From assembly GCA_964057225.1 (NCBI GenBank), contig OZ059899.1, forward strand, positions 10,726,001 through 10,790,000: a DNA stretch of 64,000 nt. Reading direction: 5' to 3'. Positions within the stretch are counted from its first letter, which is position 1, and every line of letters starts with the position of its first letter. The translations under genes and the position numbers were made by a program. Source of the stretch: Auanema rhodensis. Its lineage: Eukaryota; Animalia; Nematoda. Shown piece after piece: positions 10,233 through 24,974 of this stretch. The notes beneath the pieces were generated by a model. It ran no database searches. It had not been told where the DNA came from and saw only the letters and a program-made list of their open reading frames with translations.

Positions 10233-13199
10233 TCTTATGAGAAAAAAAACTAAGACAATTGTGATGAGAGAAATTAAGAGAAAAACTATTGAGCTGACAT
10301 TACATTTTTCTACAATATCACTAGATTCGATATCATTGATATCCTGGAAACGTTATTCCTCTACTTTTTTTATATCAAACGAGAGTTTTATGTAATCGTA
10401 GAGAAATCAGGATCAGTCTGTTCTGTTGGAGAACTGTAAGACATAAAAGTTCAATCTAATAGGCTTTTTATCGAAGTAAATGTACAAGTTTAAATTGGAT
10501 ATCTAACAATCTTTTTCATTTTATTTTTTTTGTTTGTTTTAAAGTAGGAAAAACTATTTCTTTTCTTTCTAATTTCCATTCCAAATGCTTTCGAATTCCA
10601 GGAAATTATATAAGGCCTTGTTCAACTAAGATTTCAGAAACTCTTATGAAAAAAAAAAACTAAGACAATTGTGATGAGAGAAATTAAGAGAAAACCTATT
10701 GAGCTGACATTACATTTTTCGACAATATCACTAGATTCGATATCATTGATATCCTGGAAACGTTATTCCTCTACTTTTTCATATCAAACGAGAGTTTAAT
10801 GTAATCATAGAGAAATCAGGATCAGTCTGTTCTGTTGGAGAACTGTAAGACATAAAAGTTCAATCTAATAGGCTTTTTATCGAAGTAAATGTACAAGTTT
10901 AAATTGGATATCTAACAATCTTTTTCACTTTATTTCTTTTTGTTTGTTTTAAAGTAGGAAAAATTAGTTCTTTTATTTCTAATTTGCATTCCAAATGCTT
11001 TCGAATTCCAGGAAAATATATAAGGCCTTGTTCAACTAAGATTTCAGAAACTCTTATGAGAAAAAAAACTAAGACAATTGTGATGAGAGAAATTAAAAGA
11101 AAAACTATGGAGCTGACATTACATTTTTCGACAATCTCAGTAGATTCGAAATAATTGATATCCTGGAAACGTTATTCCTCTCCTTTTTTTCTATCAAACG
11201 AGAGTTTTATGTAATGGTAGAGAAATCAGGATCAGTCTGTTCTGTTGGAGAACTGTAATACATAAAAGTTCAATCTAATAGGCTTTTTATCGAAGTAAAT
11301 GTACAAGTTTAAATTGGATATCTAACAATCTTTTTCATTTTATTTCTTTTTGTTTGTTTTAAAGTAGGAGAAACTAGTTTTTTTCTTTCTAATTTCCATT
11401 CCAAATGCTTTCGAATTCCAGGAAAATATATAAGGCCTTGTTCAACTAAAATTTCAGAAACTCTTATGAGAAAAAAAACTAAGACAATTGTGATGAGAGA
11501 AATTAAGAGAAAAACTATGGAGCTGACATTACATTTTTCGACAATATCAGTAGATTCGAAATAATTGATATCCTGGAAACGTTATTCCTCTCCTTTTTTT
11601 ATATCAAACGAGAGTTTCATGTAATCGTAGAGAAATCAGGATCAGTCTGTTCTGTTGGAGAACTGTAATACATAAAATTTCAATCTAATAGGCTTTTTAT
11701 CGAAGTAAATGTATAAGTTTAAATTGGTTATCTAACAATCTTTTTCATTTTATTTCTTTTTGTTTGTTTTAAAGTAGGAAAAACTAGTTCTTTTCTTTCT
11801 AATTTCCATTCCAAATGCTTTCGAATTCCAGGAAAATATATAAGGCCTTGTTCAACTAGAAGTTCAGAAACTCTTATGAGAAAAAAAACTAAGAAAATTG
11901 TGATGAGAGAAATTAAGAGAAAACCTATTGAGCTGACATTACATTTTTCGACAATATCACTAGATTCGATATCATTGATATCCTGGAAACGTTATTCCTC
12001 TCCTTTTTTTATATCAAACGAGAGTTTCATGTAATCGTAGAGAAATCAGGATCAGTCTGTTCTGTTGGAGAACTGTAATACATAAAATTTCAATCTAATA
12101 GGCTTTTTATCGAAGTAAATGTACAAGTTTAAATTGGATATCTAACAATCTTTTTCATTTTATTTCTTTTTGTTTGTTTTAAAGTAGGAAAAATTAGTTC
12201 TTTTATTCCTAATTTGCATTCCAAATGCTTTCGAATTCCAGGAAAATATATAAGGCCTTGTTCAACTAAAATTTCAGAAACTCTTATGAGAAAAAAAACT
12301 AAGACAATTGTGATGAGAGAAATTAAGAGAAAACCTATTGAGCTGACATTACATTTTTCGACAATATCACTAGATTCGATATCATTGATATTCTGGAAAC
12401 GTTATTCCTCTACTTTTTTATATCACACGAGAGTTTAATGTAATCATAGAGAAATCAGGATCAGTCTGTTCTGTTGGAGAACTGTAATACATAAAAGTTC
12501 AATCTAATAGGCTTTTTATCGAAGTAAATGTACAAGTTTAAATTGGATATCTAACAATCTTTTCATTTTATTTCTTTTTGTTTGTTTTAAAGTAGGAAAA
12601 ACTAGTTCTTTTCTTTCTAATTTCCATTCCAAATGCTTTCGAATTCCAGGAAAATATATAAGGCCTTGTTCAACTAAAATTTCAGAAACTCTTATGAGAA
12701 AAAAAAAATAAGACAATTGTGATGAGAGAAATTAAGAGAAAAACTATGGAGCTGACATTACATTTTTGGACAATATCAGTAGATTCGAAATGATTGATAT
12801 CCTGGAAACGTTATTCTTCTCCTTTTTTTATATCAAACGAGAGTTTTATGTAATCGTAGAGAAATCAGGATCAGTCTGTTCTGTTGGAGAACTGTAATAC
12901 ATAAAAGTTCAATCTAATAGGCTTTTTATCGAAGTAAATGTACAAGTTTAAATTGGATATCTAACAATCTTTTTCATTTTATTTTTTTTGTTTGTTTTAA
13001 AGTAGGAAAAACTATTTCTTTTCTTTCTAATTTCCATTCCAAATGCTTTCGAATTCCAGGAAATTATATAAGGCCTTGTTCAACTAAGATTTCAGAAACT
13101 CTTATGAAAAAAAAAAACTAAGACAATTGTGATGAGAGAAATTAAGAGAAAACCTATTGAGCTGACATTACATTTTTCGACAATATCACTAGATTCGAT

Positions 13200-16100
13200 A
13201 TCATTGATATCCTGGAAACGTTATTCCTCTCCTTTTTTTTATATCAAACGAGAGTTTCATGTAATCGTAGAGAAATCAGGATCAGTCTGTTCTGTTGGAG
13301 AACTGTAATACATAAAAGTTCAATCTAATAGGCTTTTTATCGAAGTAAATGTACAAGTTTAAATTGGATATCTAACAATCTTTTTCATTTTATTTCTTTT
13401 TGTTTGTTTTAAAGTAGGAAAAATTAGTTCTTTTATTCCTAATTTGCATTCCAAATGCTTTCGAATTCCAGGAAAATATATAAGGCCTTGTTCAACTAAA
13501 ATTTCAGAAACTCTTATGAGAAAAAAAACTAAGACAATTGTAATGAGAGAAATTAAGAGAAAAACTATGGAGCTGACATTACATTTTTCGACAATATCAG
13601 TAGATTCGAAATAATTGATATCCTGGAAACGTTATTCCTCTACTTTTTTTATATCAAACGAGAGTTTAATGTAATCATAGAGAAATCAGGATCAGTCTGT
13701 TCTGTTGGAGAACTGTAATACATAAAAGTTCAATCTAATAGGCTTTTTATCGAAGTAAATGTACAAGTTTAAATTGGATATCTAACAATCTTTTTCATTT
13801 TATTTCTTTTTGTTTGTTTTAAAGTAGGAAAAACTAGTTCTTTTCTTTCTAATTTCCATTCCAAATGCTTTCGAATTCCAGGAAAATATATAAGGCCTTG
13901 TTCAACTAAAAGTTCAGAAACTCTTATGAGAAAAAAAACTAAGAAAATTGTGATGAGAGAAATTAAGAGAAAATCTATTGAGCTGACATTACATTTTTCG
14001 ACAATATCACTAGATTCGATATCATTGATATCCTGGAAACGTTATTCCTCTACTTTTTTATATCAAACGAGAGTTTAATGTAATCATAGAGAAATCAGGA
14101 TCAGTCTGTTCTGTTGGAGAACTGTAAGACATAAAAGTTCAATCTAATAGGCTTTTTATCGAAGTAAATGTACAAGTTTAAATTGGATATCTAACAATCT
14201 TTTTCATTTTATTTCTTTTTGTTCGTTTTAAAGTAGGAAAAACTAGTTCTTTCCTTTCTAATTTCCATTTCAAATGCTTTCGAATTCCAGGAAAATATAT
14301 AAGGCCTTGGTCAACTAAGATTTCAGAAACTCTTATGAGAAAAAACTAAGACAATTGTGATGAGAGAAATTAAGAGAAAACCTATTGAGCTGACATTACA
14401 TTTTTCTACAATATCACTAGATTCGATATCATTGATATCCTGGAAACGTTATTCCTCTACTTTTTTTATATCAAACGAGAGTTTAATGTAATCATAGAGA
14501 AATCAGGATCAGTCTGTTCTGTTGGAGAACTGTAATACATAAAAGTTCAATCTAATAGGCTTTTTATCGAAGTAAATGTACAGGTTTAAATTGGATATCT
14601 AACAATCTTTTTCATTTTATTTCTTTTTGTTTGTTTTAAAGTAGGAGAAATTAGTTCTTTTCTTTCTAATTTCCATTCCAAATGCTTTCGAATTCCAGGA
14701 AAATATATAAGGCCTTGTTCAACTAAGATTTCAGAAACTCTTATGAAAAAAAAAAACTAAGACAATTGTGATGAGAGAAATTAAGAGAAAACCTATTGAG
14801 CTGACATTACATTTTTCGACAATATCACTAGATTCGATATCATTGATATCCTGGAAACGTTATTCCTCTACTTTTTTTTATCAAACGAGAGTTTAATGTA
14901 ATCATAGAGAAATCAGGATCAGTCTGTTCTGTTGGAGAACTGTAATACATAAAAGTTCAATCTAATAGGCTTTTTATCGAAGTAAATGTACAAGTTTAAA
15001 TTGGATATCTAACAATCTTTTTCATTTTATTTCTTTTTGTTTGTTTTAAAGTAGGAGAAATTAGTTCTTTTCTTTCTAATTTCCATTCCAAATGCTTTCG
15101 AATTCCAGGAAAATATATAAGGCCTTGTTCAACTAAGATTTCAGAAACTCTTATGAAAAAAAAAAACTAAGACAATTGTGATGAGAGAAATTAAGAGAAA
15201 ACCTATTGAGCTGACATTACATTTTTCGACAATATCACTAGATTCGATATCATTGATATCCTGGAAACGTTATTCCTCTACTTTTTTTTATCAAACGAGA
15301 GTTTAATGTAATCATAGAGAAATCAGGATCAGTCTGTTCTGTTGGAGAACTGTAAGACATAAAAGTTCAATCTAACAGGCTTTTTATCGAAGTAAATGTA
15401 CAAGTTTAAATTGGATATCTAACAATCTTTTTCATTTTATTTCTTTTTGTTTGTTTTAAAGTAGGAAAAATTAGTTCTTTTATTCCTAATTTGCATTCCA
15501 AATGCTTTCGAATTCCAGGAAAATATATAAGGCCTTGTTCAACTAAGATTTCAGAAACTCTTATGAGAAAAAACTAAGACAATTGTGATGAGAGAAATTA
15601 AGAGAAAACCTATTGAGCTGACATTACATTTTTCTACAATATCACTAGATTCGATATCATTGATATCCTGGAAACGTTATTCCTCTCCTTTTTTTTATAT
15701 CAAACGAGAGTTTCATGTAATCGTAGAGAAATCAGGATCAGTCTGTTCTGTTGGAGAACTGTAATACATAAAAGTTCAATCTAATAGGCTTTTTATCGAA
15801 GTAAATGTACAAGTTTAAATTGGATATCTAACAATCTTTTTCATTTTATTTCTTTTTGTTTGTTTTAAAGTAGGAAAAATTAGTTCTTTTATTCCTAATT
15901 TGCATTCCAAATGCTTTCGAATTCCAGGAAAATATATAAGGCCTTGTTCAACTAAAATTTCAGAAACTCTTATGAGAAAAAAAACTAAGACAATTGTAAT
16001 GAGAGAAATTAAGAGAAAAACTATGGAGCTGACATTACATTTTTCGACAATATCAGTAGATTCGAAATAATTGATATCCTGGAAACGTTATTCCTCTACT

Positions 16101-19100
16101 TTTTTTATATCAAACGAGAGTTTAATGTAATCATAGAGAAATCAGGATCAGTCTGTTCTGTTGGAGAACTGTAATACATAAAAGTTCAATCTAATAGGCT
16201 TTTTATCGAAGTAAATGTACAAGTTTAAATTGGATATCTAACAATCTTTTTCATTTTATTTCTTTTTGTTTGTTTTAAAGTAGGAAAAACTAGTTCTTTT
16301 CTTTCTAATTTCCATTCCAAATGCTTTCGAATTCCAGGAAAATATATAAGGCCTTGTTCAACTAAAAGTTCAGAAACTCTTATGAGAAAAAAAACTAAGA
16401 AAATTGTGATGAGAGAAATAAAGAGAAAATCTATTGAGCTGACATTACATTTTTCGACAATATCACTAGATTCGATATCATTGATATCCTGGAAACGTTA
16501 TTCCTCTACTTTTTTATATCAAACGAGAGTTTAATGTAATCATAGAGAAATCAGGATCAGTCTGTTCTGTTGGAGAACTGTAAGACATAAAAGTTCAATC
16601 TAATAGGCTTTTTATCGAAGTAAATGTACAAGTTTAAATTGGATATCTAACAATCTTTTTCATTTTATTTCTTTTTGTTCGTTTTAAAGTAGGAAAAACT
16701 AGTTCTTTCCTTTCTAATTTCCATTTCAAATGCTTTCGAATTCCAGGAAAATATATAAGGCCTTGGTCAACTAAGATTTCAGAAACTCTTATGAGAAAAA
16801 ACTAAGACAATTGTGATGAGAGAAATTAAGAGAAAACCTATTGAGCTGACATTACATTTTTCTACAATATCACTAGATTCGATATCATTGATATCCTGGA
16901 AACGTTATTCCTCTACTTTTTTTATATCAAACGAGAGTTTAATGTAATCATAGAGAAATCAGGATCAGTCTGTTCTGTTGGAGAACTGTAATACATAAAA
17001 GTTCAATCTAATAGGCTTTTTATCGAAGTAAATGTACAGGTTTAAATTGGATATCTAACAATCTTTTTCATTTTATTTCTTTTTGTTTGTTTTAAAGTAG
17101 GAGAAATTAGTTCTTTTCTTTCTAATTTCCATTCCAAATGCTTTCGAATTCCAGGAAAATATATAAGGCCTTGTTCAACTAAGATTTCAGAAACTCTTAT
17201 GAAAAAAAAAAACTAAGACAATTGTGATGAGAGAAATTAAGAGAAAACCTATTGAGCTGACATTACATTTTTCGACAATATCACTAGATTCGATATCATT
17301 GATATCCTGGAAACGTTATTCCTCTACTTTTTTTTATCAAACGAGAGTTTAATGTAATCATAGAGAAATCAGGATCAGTCTGTTCTGTTGGAGAACTGTA
17401 ATACATAAAAGTTCAATCTAATAGGCTTTTTATCGAAGTAAATGTACAAGTTTAAATTGGATATCTAACAATCTTTTTCATTTTATTTCTTTTTGTTTGT
17501 TTTAAAGTAGGAGAAATTAGTTCTTTTCTTTCTAATTTCCATTCCAAATGCTTTCGAATTCCAGGAAAATATATAAGGCCTTGTTCAACTAAGATTTCAG
17601 AAACTCTTATGAAAAAAAAAAACTAAGACAATTGTGATGAGAGAAATTAAGAGAAAACCTATTGAGCTGACATTACATTTTTCGACAATATCACTAGATT
17701 CGATATCATTGATATCCTGGAAACGTTATTCCTCTACTTTTTTTTATCAAACGAGAGTTTAATGTAATCATAGAGAAATCAGGATCAGTCTGTTCTGTTG
17801 GAGAACTGTAAGACATAAAAGTTCAATCTAACAGGCTTTTTATCGAAGTAAATGTACAAGTTTAAATTGGATATCTAACAATCTTTTTCATTTTATTTCT
17901 TTTTGTTTGTTTTAAAGTAGGAAAAATTAGTTCTTTTATTCCTAATTTGCATTCCAAATGCTTTCGAATTCCAGGAAAATATATAAGGCCTTGTTCAACT
18001 AAGATTTCAGAAACTCTTATGAGAAAAAAAACTAAGACAATTGTGATGAGAGAAATTAAAAGAAAAACTATGGAGGTGACATTACATTTTTCGACAATAT
18101 CAGTAGATTCGAAATAATTGATATCCTGGAAACGTTATTCCTCTCCTTTTTTTATATCAAACGAGAGTTTTATGTAATGGTAGAGAAATCAGGATCAGTC
18201 TGTTCTGTTGGAGAACTGTAATACATAAAAGTTCATTCTAATAGGCTTTTTATCGAAGTAAATGTACAAGTTTAAATTGGATATCTAACAATCTTTTCCA
18301 TTTTATTTCTTTTTGTTTGTTTCAAAGTAGGAGAAACTAGTTCTTTTCTTTCTAATTTCCATTCCAAATGCTTTCGAATTCCAGGAAAATATATAAAGCC
18401 TTGTTCAACTAAAATTTCAGAAACTCTTATGAGAAAAAAAACTAAGAAAATTGTGATGAGAGAAATTAAGAGAAAACCTATTGAGCTGACATTACATTTT
18501 TCGACAATATCACTAGATTCGATATCATTGATATCCTGGAAACGTTATTCCTCTCCTTTTTTTATATCAAACGAGAGTTTCATGTAATCGTAGAGAAATC
18601 AGGATCAGTCTGTTCTGTTGGAGAACTGTAATACATAAAAGTTCAATCTAATAGGCTTTTTATCGAAGTAAATGTACAAGTTTAAATTGGATATCTAACA
18701 ATCTTTTTCATTTTATTTCTTTTTGTTTGTTTTAAAGTAGGAAAAACTAGTTCTTTTCTTTCTAATTTCCATTCCAAATGCTTTCGAATTCCAGGAAAAT
18801 ATATAAGGCCTTGTTCAACTAAAATTTCAGAAACTCTTATGAGAAAAAAAACTAAGAAAATTGTGATGAGAGAAATTAAGAGAAAACCTATTGAGCTGAC
18901 ATTACATTTTTCGACAATATCACTAGATTCGATATCATTGATATCCTGGAAACGTTATTACTCTACTTTTTTTTATCAAACGAGAGTTTAATGTAATCAT
19001 AGAGAAATCAGGATCAGTCTGTTCTGTTGGAGAACTGTAATACATAAAAGTTCAATCTAATAGGCTTTTTATCGAAGTAAATGTACAAGTTTAAATTGGA

Positions 19101-22100
19101 TATCTAACAATCTTTTTCATTTTATTTCTTTTTGTTTGTTTTAAAGTAGGAGAAATTAGTTCTTTTCTTTCTAATTTCCATTCCAAATGCTTTCGAATTC
19201 CAGGAAAATATATAAGGCCTTGTTCAACTAAGATTTCAGAAACTCTTATGAAAAAAAAAAACTAAGACAATTGTGATGAGAGAAATTAAGAGAAAACCTA
19301 TTGAGCTGACATTACATTTTTCGACAATATCACTAGATTCGATATCATTGATATCCTGGAAACGTTATTCCTCTACTTTTTTTTATCAAACGAGAGTTTA
19401 ATGTAATCATAGAGAAATCAGGATCAGTCTGTTCTGTTGGAGAACTGTAATACATAAAAGTTCAATCTAATAGGCTTTTTATCGAAGTAAATGTACAAGT
19501 TTAAATTGGATATCTAACAATCTTTTTCATTTTATTTCTTTTTGTTTGTTTTAAAGTAGGAGAAATTAGTTCTTTTCTTTCTAATTTCCATTCCAAATGC
19601 TTTCGAATTCCAGGAAAATATATAAGGCCTTGTTCAACTAAGATTTCAGAAACTCTTATGAAAAAAAAAAACTAAGACAATTGTGATGAGAGAAATTAAG
19701 AGAAAACCTATTGAGCTGACATTACATTTTTCGACAATATCACTAGATTCGATATCATTGATATCCTGGAAACGTTATTCCTCTACTTTTTTTTATCAAA
19801 CGAGAGTTTAATGTAATCATAGAGAAATCAGGATCAGTCTGTTCTGTTGGAGAACTGTAATACATAAAAGTTCAATCTAATAGGCTTTTTATCGAAGTAA
19901 ATGTACAAGTTTAAATTGGATATCTAACAATCTTTTTCATTTTATTTCTTTTTGTTTGTTTTAAAGTAGGAGAAATTAGTTCTTTTCTTTCTAATTTCCA
20001 TTCCAAATGCTTTCGAATTCCAGGAAAATATATAAGGCCTTGTTCAACTAAGATTTCAGAAACTCTTATGAAAAAAAAAACTAAGACAATTGTGATGAGA
20101 GAAATTAAGAGAAAACCTATTGAGCTGACATTACATTTTTCGACAATATCACTAGATTCGATATCATTGATATCCTGGAAACGTTATTCCTCTACTTTTT
20201 TTTATCAAACGAGAGTTTAATGTAATCATAGAGAAATCAGGATCAGTCTGTTCTGTTGGAGAACTGTAAGACATAAAAGTTCAATCTAACAGGCTTTTTA
20301 TCGAAGTAAATGTACAAGTTTAAATTGGATATCTAACAATCTTTTTCATTTTATTTCTTTTTGTTTGTTTTGAAGTAGGAAAAATTAGTTCTTTTATTCC
20401 TAATTTGCATTCCAAATGCTTTCGAATTCCAGGAAAATATATAAGGCCTTGTTCAACTAAGATTTCAGAAACTCTTATGAGAAAAAAAACTAAGACAATT
20501 GTGATGAGAGAAATTAAAAGAAAAACTATGGAGGTGACATTACATTTTTCGACAATATCAGTAGATTCGAAATAATTGATATCCTGGAAACGTTATTCCT
20601 CTCCTTTTTTTATATCAAACGAGAGTTTTATGTAATGGTAGAGAAATCAGGATCAGTCTGTTCTGTTGGAGAACTGTAATACATAAAAGTTCATTCTAAT
20701 AGGCTTTTTATCGAAGTAAATGTACAAGTTTAAATTGGATATCTAACAATCTTTTTCATTTTATTTCTTTTTGTTTGTTTTAAAGTAGGAAAAATTAGTT
20801 CTTTTATTCCTAATTTGCATTCCAAATGCTTTCGAATTCCAGGAAAATATATAAGGCCTTGTTCAACTAAGATTTCAGAAACTCTTATGAGAAAAAAAAC
20901 TAAGACAATTGTGATGAGAGAAATTAAAAGAAAAACTATGGAGGTGACATTACATTTTTCGACAATATCAGTAGATTCGAAATAATTGATATCCTGGAAA
21001 CGTTATTCCTCTCCTTTTTTTATATCAAACGAGAGTTTTATGTAATGGTAGAGAAATCAGGATCAGTCTGTTCTGTTGGAGAACTGTAATACATAAAAGT
21101 TCATTCTAATAGGCTTTTTATCGAAGTAAATGTACAAGTTTAAATTGGATATCTAACAATCTTTTCCATTTTATTTCTTTTTGTTTGTTTCAAAGTAGGA
21201 GAAACTAGTTCTTTTCTTTCTAATTTCCATTCCAAATGCTTTCGAATTCTAGGAAAATATATAAAGCCTTGTTCAACTAAAATTTCAGAAACTCTTATGA
21301 GAAAACAAACTAAGACAATTGTGATGAGAGAAATTAAGAGAAAAACTATGGAGCTGACATTACATTTTTCGACAATATCAGTAGATTCGAAATAATTGAT
21401 ATCCTGGAAACGTTATTCCTCTCCTTTTTTTTATATCAAACGAGAGTTTCATGTAATCGTAGAGAAATCAGGATCAGTCTGTTCTGTTGGAGAACTGTAA
21501 TACATAAAAGTTCAATCTAATAGGCTTTTTATCGAAGTAAATGTACAAGTTTAAATTGGATATCTAACAATCTTTTTCATTTTATTTCTTTTTGTTTGTT
21601 TTAAAGTAGGAAAAACTAGTTCTTTTCTTTCTAATTTCCATTCCAAATGCTTTCGAATTCCAGGAAAATATATAAGGCCTTGTTCAACTAAAATTTCAGA
21701 AACTCTTATGAGAAAAAAAACTAAGAAAATTGTGATGAGAGAAATTAAGAGAAAACCTATTGAGCTGACATTACATTTTTCGACAATATCACTAGATTCG
21801 ATATCATTGATATCCTGGAAACGTTATTACTCTACTTTTTTTTATCAAACGAGAGTTTAATGTAATCATAGAGAAATCAGGATCAGTCTGTTCTGTTGGA
21901 GAACTGTAATACATAAAAGTTCAATCTAATAGGCTTTTTATCGAAGTAAATGTACAAGTTTAAATTGGATATCTAACAATCTTTTTCATTTTATTTCTTT
22001 TTGTTTGTTTTAAAGTAGGAGAAATTAGTTCTTTTCTTTCTAATTTCCATTCCAAATGCTTTCGAATTCCAGGAAAATATATAAGGCCTTGTTCAACTAA

Positions 22101-23900
22101 GATTTCAGAAACTCTTATGAAAAAAAAAAACTAAGACAATTGTGATGAGAGAAATTAAGAGAAAACCTATTGAGCTGACATTACATTTTTCGACAATATC
22201 ACTAGATTCGATATCATTGATATCCTGGAAACGTTATTCCTCTACTTTTTTTTATCAAACGAGAGTTTAATGTAATCATAGAGAAATCAGGATCAGTCTG
22301 TTCTGTTGGAGAACTGTAATACATAAAAGTTCAATCTAATAGGCTTTTTATCGAAGTAAATGTACAAGTTTAAATTGGATATCTAACAATCTTTTTCATT
22401 TTATTTCTTTTTGTTTGTTTTAAAGTAGGAGAAATTAGTTCTTTTCTTTCTAATTTCCATTCCAAATGCTTTCGAATTCCAGGAAAATATATAAGGCCTT
22501 GTTCAACTAAGATTTCAGAAACTCTTATGAAAAAAAAAACTAAGACAATTGTGATGAGAGAAATTAAGAGAAAACCTATTGAGCTGACATTACATTTTTC
22601 GACAATATCACTAGATTCGATATCATTGATATCCTGGAAACGTTATTCCTCTACTTTTTTTTATCAAACGAGAGTTTAATGTAATCATAGAGAAATCAGG
22701 ATCAGTCTGTTCTGTTGGAGAACTGTAAGACATAAAAGTTCAATCTAACAGGCTTTTTATCGAAGTAAATGTACAAGTTTAAATTGGATATCTAACAATC
22801 TTTTTCATTTTATTTCTTTTTGTTTGTTTTGAAGTAGGAAAAATTAGTTCTTTTATTCCTAATTTGCATTCCAAATGCTTTCGAATTCCAGGAAAATATA
22901 TAAGGCCTTGTTCAACTAAGATTTCAGAAACTCTTATGAGAAAAAAAACTAAGACAATTGTGATGAGAGAAATTAAAAGAAAAACTATGGAGGTGACATT
23001 ACATTTTTCGACAATATCAGTAGATTCGAAATAATTGATATCCTGGAAACGTTATTCCTCTCCTTTTTTTATATCAAACGAGAGTTTTATGTAATGGTAG
23101 AGAAATCAGGATCAGTCTGTTCTGTTGGAGAACTGTAATACATAAAAGTTCATTCTAATAGGCTTTTTATCGAAGTAAATGTACAAGTTTAAATTGGATA
23201 TCTAACAATCTTTTCCATTTTATTTCTTTTTGTTTGTTTCAAAGTAGGAGAAACTAGTTCTTTTCTTTCTAATTTCCATTCCAAATGCTTTCGAATTCCA
23301 GGAAAATATATAAGGCCTTGTTCAACTAAAATTTCAGAAACTCTTATGAGAAAACAAACTAAGACAATTGTGATGAGAGAAATTAAGAGAAAAACTATGG
23401 AGCTGACATTACATTTTTCGACAATATCAGTAGATTCGAAATAATTGATATCCTGGAAACGTTATTCCTCTCCTTTTTTTATATCAAACGAGAGTTTCAT
23501 GTAATCGTAGAGAAATCAGGATCAGTCTGTTCTGTTGGAGAACTGTAATACATAAAAGTTCAATCTAATAGGCTTTTTATCGAAGTAAATGTACAAGTTT
23601 AAATTGGATATCTAACAATCTTTTTCATTTTATTTCTTTTTGTTTGTTTTAAAGTAGGAAAAACTAGTTCTTTTCTTTCTAATTTCCATTCCAAATGCTT
23701 TCGAATTCCAGGAAAATATATAAGGCCTTGTTCAACTAAAATTTCAGAAACTCTTATGAGAAAAAAAACTAAGAAAATTGTGATGAGAGAAATTAAGAGA
23801 AAACCTATTGAGCTGACATTACATTTTTCGACAATATCACTAGATTCGATATCATTGATATCCTGGAAACGTTATTACTCTACTTTTTTATATCAAACGA
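13200..23900. repeat. 6-monomer higher-order repeat (~2456-2459 bp), about four units
   Basis: CTAACAGG occurs in monomers 15149, 17605, 20064 and 22523. TTGTAATG, AAATCTATTG, CCATTTCAAA and GTACAGG recur at 2456 bp. GGAGGTGAC occurs in monomers 18015, 20473, 20883 and 22932. Confidence 0.88.
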
Positions 23901-24974
23901 GAGTTTAATGTAATCATAGAGAAATCAGGATCAGTCTGTTCTGTTGGAGAACTGTAAGACATAAAAGTTCAATCTAATAGGCTTTTTATCGAAGTAAATG
24001 TACAAGTTTAAATTGGATATCTAACAATCTTTTTCATTTTATTTTTTTTGTTTGTTTTAAAGTAGGAAAAACTATTTCTTTTCTTTCTAATTTCCATTCC
24101 AAATGCTTTCGAATTCCAGGAAATTATATAAGGCCTTGTTCAACTAAGATTTCAGAAACTCTTATGAAAAAAAACTAAGACAATTGTGATGAGAGAAATT
24201 AAGAGAAAACCTATGGAGCTGACATTACATTTTTCGACAATATCACTAGATTCGATATCATTGATATCCTGGAAACGTTATTCCTCTACTTTTTTATATC
24301 AAACGAGAGTTTAATGTAATCATAGAGAAATCAGGATCAGTCTGTTCTGTTGGAGAACTGTAAGACATAAAAGTTCAATCTAATAGGCTTTTTATCGAAG
24401 TAAATGTACAAGTTTAAATTGGATATCTAACAATCTTTTTCATTTTATTTCTTTTTGTTCGTTTTAAAGTAGGAAAAACTAGTTCTTTCCTTTCTAATTT
24501 CCATTCCAAATGCTTTCGAATTCCAGGAAAATATATAAGGCCTTGGTCAACTAAGATTTCAGAAACTCTTATGAGAAAAAACTAAGACAATTGTGATGAG
24601 AGAAATTAAGAGAAAACCTATTGAGCTGACATTACATTTTTCTACAATATCACTAGATTCGATATCATTGATATCCTGGAAACGTTATTCCTCTACTTTT
24701 TCTATATCAAACGAGAGGTTAATGTAATCATAGAGAAATCAGGATCATTCTGTTCTGTTGGAGAACTGTAATACATAGAAGTTCAATCTAATAGGCTTTT
24801 TATCGAAGTAAATGTACAAGTTTAAATTGGATATCTAACAATCTTTTTCATTTTATTTCTTTTTGTTTGTTTTAAAGTAGGAAAAACTAGTTCTTTTCTT
24901 TCTAATTTCCATTCCAAATGCTTTCGAATTCCAGGAAAATATATAAGGCCTTGTTCAACTAAAATTTCAGAAAC

